In this document: positions 44,268 to 52,860 of the stretch, one piece after another
Position numbering within the stretch: the first letter of the stretch is position 1
Layout: each line of letters begins with the position of its first letter
Origin: Chloroflexota bacterium
GTDB lineage: Bacteria > Chloroflexota > Dehalococcoidia > Lucifugimonadales > UBA3495
Length of the DNA: 64,000 bases
Assembly: GCA_028875055.1 (NCBI GenBank)
Contig: JAPPGG010000072.1
Location: 51,032 to 115,031 of the forward strand
Direction: 5' to 3'
The notes under the pieces: generated by a model
What the model was told of the DNA's origin: nothing
The model's input: the letters and a program-made list of their open reading frames with translations, nothing else
Database searches by the model: none
Program-made: the position numbers and the translations under genes

Positions 44268-45866
44268 CTACTCGAAGGGTGTGGGCATGGCTTGAACCGG
44301 GACCTCGATCAAAGTCGGAGCTTCAATCGCCAGGGCTTCCTGCAGGGCCGGCCCCAGCTTGTCGGGCTCCACCCGCACTCCCCGCGCTCCGTAAGCCTCC
44401 GCCAGCTTCACGAAATCGGGATTGTGCAGCGCGGCCCCATATACCCGTCCTTCAAACCGATTGACCTGGTCTCGCAGCACGTTGCCGTAGGCGTTGTCGT
44501 TGAAGACCACCACCACCGCATTGATGCCGTATTGCACCGCCGTGGCCAGTTCCTGGGAATTGAACAGGAACCCCCCGTCTCCCGACACTGCCACCACCGC
44601 CTTGTCCGGCTGCGCTACCTTGGCGCCCAGGGCCACCGGATAAGCGTAGCCCAGGTTTCCGGCGTATGAAGACGTCAAGAAGGTGCGAGGCTCATAGACC
44701 GGGTAAAAAGCCCGGCAGTAATAGCCTATCTGCGTCATGCCGGAAATCAGTATGCCGTCATCGGGCATGACTTCCCGGATAGTGGCGGTAAGGGACTCCT
44801 GCGGCTCCACCCGGATTGCGGAATTGGCCCGACGCTGGCGAAGGGCATCGAACTCGGCTGCCCTGCTCTCCCGGGCCGGCGTCAGCTGTGAGACCTGCGC
44901 GTAGAGGTCCTCCAGGGCCAGTCGGGCGTCACCCTGGATGCCAAAGGTGTTGTCGTAGTTGCGTCCCAGTTCCTCCGGGTCTATGTCGATCTGCACAATG
45001 CGCTGACCGCCCAGCCACGCCGGGTTGGCCATGCGGGTTCCCACCGCCAGTATGGCGTCAAAATTGGGCTCCTCCCTGGCCACGGGGTCATTCCGAAGGC
45101 GGTGGGCGCCCAGGGACAGGGGATGACGGTCGGAAATCGCACCCTTGCCCTCGGGCGAGGTAATGACGGGCGCCTGCAGATGTTCGGCCACGCGAAGCAG
45201 CGCCTCTTGGGCCCCCGAGGAAATTACGCCCCCTCCGGCCCATATCAAGGGATTGTCGGCTTCCGCCATGATCCGGGCGCCGGTGCGGATAGCCTCACTC
45301 TCCGCCGCGGGGCGAGGGTATTCTTCGGGCTCCCGCAGTTCAACATCGGCCATGTCGGCCAGCGTCTCCGGCGGAATCTCAATCTCCACAGGACGGGGGC
45401 GCCCCGTCTTCAGGTGGTAGAAAGCCTCGTGGACGGCGTCGGGAATCTCTGCGGGATCCAGTATCCGTTTCGCCCACTTGGTGACCGGCCGGATGGTGTC
45501 AAGCTGATCGTTCACCTCGTGGAGAATTCCCCGGTCGGCCCCAATCAGGTCGCGCTCAATCTGTCCCGACACCACCAGTATCGGTGAAGAGGCGGCGAAG
45601 GCGGTGCCAATTCCGGCGGAGGCGTTCTGCAGCCCGGGCCCGGGAACCATCATCGCCGTACCCGTGCCGCCGCCGGCCCGCGTGTACCCGTCGGCCATGT
45701 AGGTCGTTGCCTGCTCGTGGCGGGCGGTAATGAACCGGATTCCTGGCTCCCCCTGCAGCCCGTCCAGCGCGTGATAAAGCTGTACCCCCGGGAGCCCGAA
45801 AATTACCCGTACTCCCTCCAGGTACAGCGACCTGGCCAGGGCTTGTCCCCCCGTCATTTTTGGCAT
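44268..45866 (-). CDS. Thiamine-pyrophosphate-dependent enzyme (acetolactate synthase large-subunit-like)
   Basis: MTGGQALARSLYLEGVRVIFGLPG N-terminus and the TPP-binding motif GDGGFLFNSQELATAV...NN. Confidence 0.85.
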   Translation of the reverse strand: MPKMTGGQALARSLYLEGVRVIFGLPGVQLYHALDGLQGEPGIRFITARHEQATTYMADGYTRAGGGTGTAMMVPGPGLQNASAGIGTAFAASSPILVVSGQIERDLIGADRGILHEVNDQLDTIRPVTKWAKRILDPAEIPDAVHEAFYHLKTGRPRPVEIEIPPETLADMADVELREPEEYPRPAAESEAIRTGARIMAEADNPLIWAGGGVISSGAQEALLRVAEHLQAPVITSPEGKGAISDRHPLSLGAHRLRNDPVAREEPNFDAILAVGTRMANPAWLGGQRIVQIDIDPEELGRNYDNTFGIQGDARLALEDLYAQVSQLTPARESRAAEFDALRQRRANSAIRVEPQESLTATIREVMPDDGILISGMTQIGYYCRAFYPVYEPRTFLTSSYAGNLGYAYPVALGAKVAQPDKAVVAVSGDGGFLFNSQELATAVQYGINAVVVVFNDNAYGNVLRDQVNRFEGRVYGAALHNPDFVKLAEAYGARGVRVEPDKLGPALQEALAIEAPTLIEVPVQAMPTPFE

Positions 45867-46021
45867 GTCATTCCCCTTGATGAACAGCAGGTCGCCAGCT
45901 TCGGATTTGCTCCCCGAGAGCGTGGCGCCTTTCTGCGATGTTGAGCCGGATTGTAGTTGGGGTTATCTGGAGCGTCAAGTTGACTCATATCTGTATCAAG
46001 CTGTTGGAGCGGGGCGAAAGC

Positions 46022-46217
46022 CAGGGCAACTGCACTATAGAATCAGGCTACAGGGGGCACAATTCGGTAGGCAGAAGTCATGCCGCCCTGAGCTTGCCGA
46101 AGGGCCTGAAGTCCTCATCCTCAGCCCGGCTGCGGGTAGTGAAGGTGGTTCCAGGGATAGATCTTAGATGCTTCGGCTTCGCTCAGCATGACATTCAATT
46201 AAAACGCGATTGCCCTG
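46022..46217 (+). repeat. Family-A intergenic element, full-length (196 bp) copy
   Basis: Ends CAGGGCAACTGC / GCGATTGCCCTG are complementary. Contains TATAGAAT, the hairpin unit GCCCT-GAGCTTGCCGA-AGGGC, and the oppositely oriented unit ATGCT-TCGGCTTCGCTC-AGCAT. High but imperfect identity, with a few scattered mismatches by eye, to the reverse complement of 48979-49175. Confidence 0.85.
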
Positions 46218-46320
46218 GGAGGAAGGCGCTATGTTGGACGGCTGTCATACCTTTTGCTAAACTTGCCGGCGAAAGAAATCCCACTCAGGCTAATTCCCCG
46301 GCTGGTGGAGGAACAGACCT

Positions 46321-47241
46321 ATGAAGAAAGTGGTCAGCGAAATCAATGGAGCCATTTTCAGTTTGCCCTGGTTGGTCGCCCGGGACGAGGGGCTGTTTGA
46401 GGCGGAAGGCATTGAAATGGAGTTCGTCACCGCCGTCAGCAGCGGCCAGGTGACCCACACGGAGAATCCCGAGGAAGTCAACCCGGTCCTGGGCCACGTG
46501 GCCTTTGAGGATGCCAAGGTCTCCATCTACCGCGCTTGAGAGGAGGGCCAGGTCCGTCGGGCCTACGAAAGCAAGCAGGGCGCCAGGATTATTGCCCTCC
46601 GTTCCGCAGTTGCCAGCCAGGCCATCCTGGTGCGCGGCGACTCGCCCCACTATTATCCGGGAACCCTGGGCAACCGTCCCGTGGCCGTCCAGTTCCACGC
46701 CGGATCCCATTACGTGGCCCTCAGGCTGCTTTCCGGGTACTTGCCCGAGGAAAAGCTCAAGCTGGTCCACTATGGCTCTCCCCAGTACCGGTTCGAAGCC
46801 CTGATGAATGGCGAGGTTGACGCCGCCGCCCTGATGGAACCCTGGATAACCCTGGCGGAAAAGCTGGGTTGCCGTCCCGTCTGTGAAGGCCATTACCTGG
46901 GCGCCGAAAACGCCAGCGACAACATGGATGAGGAGACCTTCGCGGCCATCAACCGGGCAGTGGTGAAGGCCGTGGATATTATTAATGCCGACAAGCGCAA
47001 GTACCTCCACTACCTGATTGACGAACCCAGGTTTGCATCGGTGGCAATCAAGTACGGAAGCATCACGCCTGAAGACTTCCACCTGTCCAGGATCCGCTAC
47101 TCGTACAACACTCCTTACAACGATGAAATCATCGAGGACACCTATCACTGGATGGTTAAGTGGGGTCTGCTGACCGACGCGGCCTGCGCTACCGACCTGG
47201 TGGACAATCGTATTGCTGAGCCCGCGCCTGCTGACGATTAG
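46321..47241 (+). pseudogene. NMT1/THI5-/SsuA-like periplasmic-binding-fold protein without signal peptide, one reading frame interrupted by a single in-frame TGA (46537-46539)
   Basis: Track ORFs 46321-46539 and 46630-47241 are in the same frame. The 90 nt between them also read as sensible protein (EEGQVRRAYESKQGARIIALRSAVASQAILVRGDSP). This is either a recent nonsense mutation or recoding (see finding). Confidence 0.6.
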
Positions 47242-47268
47242 TCCTTTCCGCCCCCGCGCAATTAAATT

Positions 47269-47296
47269 GCCGGCCATAGGAAGCTCCGTGGCCGGC
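47269..47296 (+). terminator. Stem-loop after the NMT1-like gene
   Basis: GCCGGCCA-N12-TGGCCGGC, an 8-bp stem, followed by CTTCTTT. Confidence 0.5.
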
Positions 47297-47348
47297 CTTC
47301 TTTAGCCCCGTCTGACTGCCGCTGTTCCACTCTTTCTCCCGCTGGCAG

Positions 47349-48956
47349 GTGGAAATGAAATACGACGTAGTTATCGTGGGCGCCGGTTCCGCCGGGTGTG
47401 TCCTGGCGGCGCGCCTTTCCGAAGATGCCCGAAAGTCCGTCTTGCTGCTGGAGGCCGGCCCCGACTATCCGGACTTCCAACGGCTTCCCGACGGTCTCAA
47501 GTATGGCTTCGCCTCGTCTCCCAATGCGCCATCCTTCCGGACACCCAGCGGACACCCGAGCTGGCTTACCTCCGACTTCCACAACTGGCAGTTCACCGCC
47601 ACCAGCACAGAACTGGCTCCGCCCATGCTGGTCCCGAGGGGCCGGGTCACGGGCGGGTCCAGCGCCATCAACTCCTCGGCCTTCTATCGCGGCGTCCCCG
47701 AGGACTTCGACGCCTGGGCCGCCCGGGGCAACAGCGCCTGGAGCTACCAGCAGGTCCTGCCCTTCTTCCGAAAGCTGGAGAACGATGCCGACCAGCGGGA
47801 CGACTTTCACGGAATGGACGGCCCCATCTTTGTCCACCACTCCAATCCCGAAAGCTGGCACGCCACCCAGAACGCCTTCTATGAGGCCTGCGTCGCCAGC
47901 GGCCATCCCACCACCGTCGACCACAACAACCCCGACTCCTCGGGAATAGGTCCCGGTATCTCCAACAACCACCAGGGTGTGCGTTACAGCACGGCTTTGG
48001 GCTACCTCGACGAGGCCCGCCACCGCCTGAACCTCACCATCAAGGCCGGTTGTCACGTGAGGCGCATCCTCTTCGACGACAGGCGCGCCGTTGGCCTGGA
48101 GGTCGAGTCCGGTGGCCAGACCTTCACGGTGGAGGGTGAGGACATAGTACTTTCCGCTGGCGCGGTCGGGTCCGCCCACTTGATGCTCCTGTCGGGCGTG
48201 GGACCGGAAGCCCAGCTTGCCGAACAGGGCATTCCCCTGGTGCATGACCTGCCGGGCGTTGGCCGAAACCTGAAGGATCACCCCAAAGTCTACATAACCT
48301 GGGCAGTCCCGGACGACTATCCGCCGCAGAGCCGCGCGGCTCCAGGGGGTACGGCGCTGCGCCTGACCGCCCCCGGCTCGGATTTCAGGAACGACCTCAG
48401 CATCAGCCTGGCCTGCTTCGTGCCGCCCCGTATCCACGACATCAACCCGGCGCTCCGTGAAGGACAGGAAGCGCCCCGTTACGTAGAGATGATGGTGGCC
48501 CTCCTGATGCCGTTGAGCCAGGGTGAACTGCGTTTATCTTCGCCGGACTACCGGGTGCAGCCACGGATGCATTACAACTACCTGGCCGAGCCCTTCGACC
48601 GGGAACGCCTTCGCGCCGGCGTCGGACTTGCCCTCGACTTGGCCCAGCGGCCTGAAATCTCGGAATACGTGGGTGACTTGCTCGACCCCAAGCCTGAAGA
48701 CCTGGCCACTGACGAAGCCCTGGACCGCTGGCTGCGGCGGGAAGCCACCACCTATTCCCACATTTCCTGCACCTGCCGCATGGGACCCGCCGACGACGAA
48801 ATGGCGGTGGTGGACCAGTTTGGCCGGGTCCGAGGCGTTGAGGGATTGCGTATCGTGGATGCCTCCATTATGCCCGACCTGGTTCGCGCCCCCATCAACC
48901 CGGCGGTAATTATGCTGGCGGAAAAAATCGCCGACGCCATGCGTTCGGACCGATGA
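47349..48956 (+). CDS. GMC-family FAD oxidoreductase (choline dehydrogenase-like)
   Basis: [22 protein letters not shown] (FAD GxGxxG), GGSSAINS, and the C-terminal HISCTCRMG active-site region. Confidence 0.9.
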   Translation: [535 protein letters not shown]

Positions 48957-48978
48957 CGTTCCCCCCTTCCACCCGTGG

Positions 48979-49175
48979 CAGGGCAACCGCCCGCCAATTG
49001 CATGTCATGCTGAGCGAAGCCGAAGCATCTAAGATCTATCCCTGGAGCCACCTCCACAGCCCGAAGCCGGGCTGAAGATGAGGACTTCAGGCCCTTCGGC
49101 AAGCTCAGGACGACATGACTCTTGCCAACCGAACTGGCGCCCACTGTCGCCTGAATCTATTACCCGATTACCCTG
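48979..49175 (-). repeat. Family-A intergenic element, full-length copy in inverted orientation
   Basis: The reverse complement aligns end-to-end with 46022-46217, from ...TAGATTCAGGCGACAGTGGGC... to ...GCGGTTGCCCTG. The spurious track peptides VVLSLPKGLKSSSSARLR(A/V)V(E/K)V(A/V)PGIDLRCFGFAQHD occur at both loci. Confidence 0.85.
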
Positions 49176-49293
49176 TCCCCTTCGTGGGCGCCTGCCTCAT
49201 AACCTGCCGTTATCCTGCTATAATTGGGATGTTTTACTTCTTCCCCTTGCCATGACCTGGCCCACTCCAAATCTCTGAGAGGAGGAACACGGA

Positions 49294-50247
49294 ATGGCCG
49301 ATGAATTGCTGGTCCTCCACGAAAAACCTGAAGCGAAATACATGATCGCCGGCTGGCGTCGCCAGTGGTCCAACGGCGGCAGGATATCCAGCGGTCTGCC
49401 CCGCTACCTGATAGAAAAACTGGGCGCGCGCCGCATTGGCCGGCTGGGCGACCAGGTTTCCACCCTCTGCTATCCCTTCCAGGTTGCCGGCACCCACGAC
49501 ACCTTTCGCCCCGGCGCCGCCTTTCAGGATGGCCTGCCCTCCACCCGGATGGCCCGCGAGAACGAGTTTTTCGACGCGGGTAACGGACTTATCATCTTCC
49601 TGGGCGAGGAACCCTGGAGCCGCATCGATATTTACGGCCAGGGCTTCTTCCAGGCCGTCCGCGAGCTGGGAATTGAACAGACGGTGGCGGTGGAAGGCGT
49701 CAACGGCCCGGCTCCCCCCGAATTGGAGCGGCGCATTAACTGCGTTTACAGCCGTTCCGATATGAAAGAAACGCTGGACAGGTACAGCGTCATAATGTCC
49801 AGCCGGGGGTCGGAGGGTCGGCGCGGCCCCACCATTGGCATGGCCATGGTATCCCTGGCCCACTTCGACTATCCGGAAGTGCAGATGTTCCGCCTTGGAG
49901 CCATGGCCCCTATGTATCCCTTCGTCGTCTCCAACAACGAGCAGCTGGGCATCTTCCGCGACCATCGTTCCTTCTACGACATAATGCGGCGGCTCAAGTC
50001 GCTATTCAAGCTGGACATTGACCTGAGCGAGCTGCTGGCCCTGGCGGAAACCGAGTCCAGGGAACTGCAGACCAACCTGGACCGCATCGCGGAAAACAAC
50101 GCCGAAGCCAAGCGCATAATCGAGCAGGTCCGCGCGGACTACGACGTTACACCCTATGTGGAACCGGTGGACCTGGATCCCGCCCTTGACCGCACCCTGG
50201 AGGACATCCTGATGGGCATGTCCGATCCTCCGGAAGAACAGCAATAG
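49294..50247 (+). CDS. PAC2 (proteasome assembly chaperone 2-like) family protein with acidic coiled-coil C-terminus
   Basis: KYMIAGWRRQWSNGGRISSGLPRYLIEKLGA...LIIFLGEEP resembles PAC2-family N-terminal patterns. This is a moderate-confidence recollection. Confidence 0.6.
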   Translation: MADELLVLHEKPEAKYMIAGWRRQWSNGGRISSGLPRYLIEKLGARRIGRLGDQVSTLCYPFQVAGTHDTFRPGAAFQDGLPSTRMARENEFFDAGNGLIIFLGEEPWSRIDIYGQGFFQAVRELGIEQTVAVEGVNGPAPPELERRINCVYSRSDMKETLDRYSVIMSSRGSEGRRGPTIGMAMVSLAHFDYPEVQMFRLGAMAPMYPFVVSNNEQLGIFRDHRSFYDIMRRLKSLFKLDIDLSELLALAETESRELQTNLDRIAENNAEAKRIIEQVRADYDVTPYVEPVDLDPALDRTLEDILMGMSDPPEEQQ

Positions 50248-50312
50248 CTCCCGCAGTATTCAGGGAACCGGAAAACTTGGTAGCGTTGCGATTTAGGTGG
50301 TCTATAGGAGAA

Positions 50313-50335
50313 GGGGCGGGTTTCAAACCCGCCCC
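50313..50335. repeat. Family-C GC hairpin (GGGGCGGG-TTTCAAA-CCCGCCCC)
   Basis: Perfect 8-bp stem. A related hairpin GGGCTGG-CTTCAACC-CCAGCCC lies at 52768-52789. Both sit just 3' of + strand genes. Confidence 0.5.
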
Positions 50336-50401
50336 TACCTGCATTTCAACCCTCCTGCCTGCGCCTTACCATCCAAAATGGAACCCTTCCGAAAAACTTT
50401 C

Positions 50402-50424
50402 GGGGCGGGTGATTCACCCGCCCC
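50402..50424 (-). terminator. Intrinsic terminator of the M24 peptidase gene
   Basis: GGGGCGGGTGA/TCACCCGCCCC palindromic hairpin. On the minus strand it is followed by AAAGTTTTTCGG. Confidence 0.6.
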
Positions 50425-50461
50425 GTTCCAGTTCTGTGCAGCGCTCCGGCCGCAGCCCGGG

Positions 50462-51787
50462 TCAGGCGTGCGCTGCCGGCATGGCCGGGCGATTTCGGTG
50501 CGACTGGCTGTCCCGGGTCGTGTTCAGCGGCCCGTTCGCCGAATAGTACTTTACTCCGGCCACCATCAGTTCCTCCGCCGGGAAGCGGGTAATCACCTGC
50601 GGCCCGTCTGCGGTCACCACCACTTCTTCCTCAATGCGCGCCGCCGACCATCCGTCCGCTGCCGGCCAAAAGGCCTCCAGGGCAAACACCATCCCCTCCT
50701 CAATGGGCTGCGGATGCTCCAGCGAGAACAGGCGGCTGAATATGGGCGCCTCCCAGATATTTAAGCCCACGCCGTGACCGTACTGCAGGGCGAAGGCTGC
50801 CTCCTCGTTGGCGAATCCGAACTCCTCCGCCTTTGGCCAGTCCTTTACAATGTCGGCCGTCGTAATGCCGGGCTTCACTGCTTCGATGGAAATGTCCAGA
50901 ATTTCCCGGCACTTCTTGTATGCGTCAATCTGCGCCTGGGACGCGCTGCCGATGGCCAGCGTGCGGTAGTAGCAGGTCCGGTAGCCCATGTAGCTGTGCA
51001 GAATGTCGAAATATACCTGGTCGCCGGGCCGCAGTATCCGGTCGGCGAAAAGGTGAGGATGGGGACTCGTCCGCTCTCCCCCGATGGCGTTCACCCCCTC
51101 AACGAACTCCGACCCCAGTTCGTACAGCACTTTGTTCACCAGGGCCACCCCGTCGTTCTCCCGCACCCCGGCCCGCAGTTCCTGGTACAGCACATCATAG
51201 GCCGCGTCCACCATGGCGCATGCCGTATTGAGCAGCGTAATCTCGTCCTGCGTCTTGATGCGGCGCGCCTCCAGCATGATTTGCTGGCCGTCAACCACGT
51301 TGATCCCTTCCTTCTGCAGGGCGAACAGCACTACCGGTTCAACCACGTCCACGCCGATGGGTTCGTTCTGCAGCCCCCTGAGTTCCAGCTCCGCCTTGAT
51401 CTTTTTGGCCACATCCTCGGCCAGGTTGGCGGAGGGCGGTGTTGCCCCCCTCAACGTCGATATGCCCGCCCGCGAGCGTTCCCCCAGCCAAGGACAGTAA
51501 AGCTGGTGATGCCGCGCCGCCGAACCAAAGTCCCACAGAATGGGCTCGTCGTCCTGGGGCAGCAGGCAGAACCTTACCAGCTTGTCCAGGGCCCACGTGC
51601 CAATGATGGTAGCCGTCAGGTACCGGATGTTGTTCATATCGAAGGAGAGGATTGCCCCCAGTTCCGACTCCTTCAGGAGCCCCTTGATTCGGTCCAGTCG
51701 CTGGGTTCGGAGGCGCTCGAAGTCAACACGCTCCTCCCAGTCAACATTCATGGTCCCAAAACTCTTGATCTGCGTCACGGCTATCAC
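50462..51787 (-). CDS. M24-family metallopeptidase-fold protein (creatinase/Xaa-Pro aminopeptidase-like)
   Basis: 441 aa. Creatinase-like N domain plus a pita-bread C domain (DILHSYMGYRTCYYRT, HGVGLNIWE, EEVVVVT). Confidence 0.85.
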   Translation of the reverse strand: MIAVTQIKSFGTMNVDWEERVDFERLRTQRLDRIKGLLKESELGAILSFDMNNIRYLTATIIGTWALDKLVRFCLLPQDDEPILWDFGSAARHHQLYCPWLGERSRAGISTLRGATPPSANLAEDVAKKIKAELELRGLQNEPIGVDVVEPVVLFALQKEGINVVDGQQIMLEARRIKTQDEITLLNTACAMVDAAYDVLYQELRAGVRENDGVALVNKVLYELGSEFVEGVNAIGGERTSPHPHLFADRILRPGDQVYFDILHSYMGYRTCYYRTLAIGSASQAQIDAYKKCREILDISIEAVKPGITTADIVKDWPKAEEFGFANEEAAFALQYGHGVGLNIWEAPIFSRLFSLEHPQPIEEGMVFALEAFWPAADGWSAARIEEEVVVTADGPQVITRFPAEELMVAGVKYYSANGPLNTTRDSQSHRNRPAMPAAHA

Positions 51788-51926
51788 CCGAAATGTAGGT
51801 TAGGTAGGTTGCCAGGCCCCGCAGGCAGGCTTGGGCCAGGGCTTGCGGAAGTGTAGTTGGGCCGCCCCTACCTGTCAACCGAAACCCTGACCCGGTGAGT
51901 TCCGCCGGGCGCTACCCAACCGCCAA

Positions 51927-52220
51927 AAAATTCAGAAGGCAAAAGTCATGTCGCCCTGAGCTTGCCGAAGGGCCTGAAAGTCTTGTCTCCAAACCGGTTT
52001 CGGTTCCGAAAGCACGCTTGTTTGTTGGATTCCAGGGGCTGCCTTCAAATCAAGGGTTCCAGCTTCCCAGAGTACAATCTCGTCGTTCCCGCGAAGGCGG
52101 GAACCTCGCCGGCGGTAGTCAAGATTCCTTCTGTTTCAAGCAAGATTAGCCGATTTGACGACAGCCACAGGACTTCTCGCCTTCCATCAGAGTGGCAATC
52201 AATTAAGGCGCGATTGCCCT
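51927..52220 (+). repeat. Composite repeat: family-A 5' and 3' parts with a family-B element nested between them
   Basis: The 5' part AATTCAGAAGGCAAAAGTCATGTCGCCCTGAGCTTGCCGAAGGGCCTGAA and the 3' part CAATCAATTAAGGCGCGATTGCCCTT match family A. The interior holds family-B copy 2. Confidence 0.65.
52042..52162 (+). repeat. Family-B element, copy 2 (left end degenerate)
   Basis: Core TCGTCGTTCCCGCGAAGGCGGGAACCTCGCCGGCGG...AAGATTCC...TTTGACGAC. The left TIR is reduced to CCTTCAAATCAAG. Confidence 0.7.
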
Positions 52221-52327
52221 TGCCTCCCCTTCCACTATTGAAGCGGGCTATGGACTGCTCAACTATAATGGGACGTTGCACCTCGATTGCGGGTGCACTC
52301 CCACTTTCCAATACTGGAGGAAAAACA

Positions 52328-52756
52328 TTGCCTGACAGAATCGAAGTCATCCACACCTCCGACCGGGACCCCTCCGTCAACCTGCCCTACGCCCCCGCCG
52401 TCAAGGTGACCGGCGGGTCCCTGCTGTTCCTCGCCGGCGTCAACGCCGCCAAGGTGTACCACAGCCACCCCCACATCGAGTCGGAATTCGACGACATTCC
52501 CAGCGACATGGAAGGCCAGACCCGCATGGCCCTCGAGAACGTCCGCAAGGGCCTGGAAGCCTGCGGGGCCACCTTCAGCGACGTAGTCCAGGTAACCAGG
52601 TACATCACCAACGTGGACGAACAGGACCAGATGAACGAAGTCTGGTGGGAATACTTTGGCGACCATCGCCCCGGCACCGCCACCATTGAGGTTACTCGCC
52701 TGGCCACCCACGAAAAACTCAAGGTGGAGCTGGCCGCCATCGCAGTCGTGGACTAG
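52328..52756 (+). CDS. RidA/YjgF/TdcF-family (Rid) protein
   Basis: I infer a TTG start at 52328, 7 nt after a perfect GGAGGA (52315-52320). YAPAVKVTGGSLLFLAG...ATIEVTRLA matches the Rid family. The track's 264-aa version runs through the repeats. Confidence 0.8.
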   Translation: MPDRIEVIHTSDRDPSVNLPYAPAVKVTGGSLLFLAGVNAAKVYHSHPHIESEFDDIPSDMEGQTRMALENVRKGLEACGATFSDVVQVTRYITNVDEQDQMNEVWWEYFGDHRPGTATIEVTRLATHEKLKVELAAIAVVD

Positions 52757-52860
52757 ACGAAAGGCGAGGGCTGGCTTCAACCCCAGCCCCCGCCAAAAGA
52801 CCCCGCTTCAGTTGCCCAGGCGATTGGATTTACTGCAATAGGCGACCTGTCGCTCCCCAC

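Noticed and set aside
46231-46260. Tiny ORF (MLDGCHTFC*) directly after the family-A element, preceded by GGGAGGAAGG, as a possible leader peptide.
   Set aside because: It has only 9 codons. The equivalent position after the other copies does not encode a similar peptide, so it is likely fortuitous.
46537-46620. Confident call of a bacterial SECIS element after the in-frame TGA.
   Set aside because: Only modest pairing can be drawn by eye: a 7-bp long-range helix plus weak internal stems. There is no clear fdhF-like apical loop at the canonical distance, so it is kept as a hypothesis in the findings rather than called as a feature.
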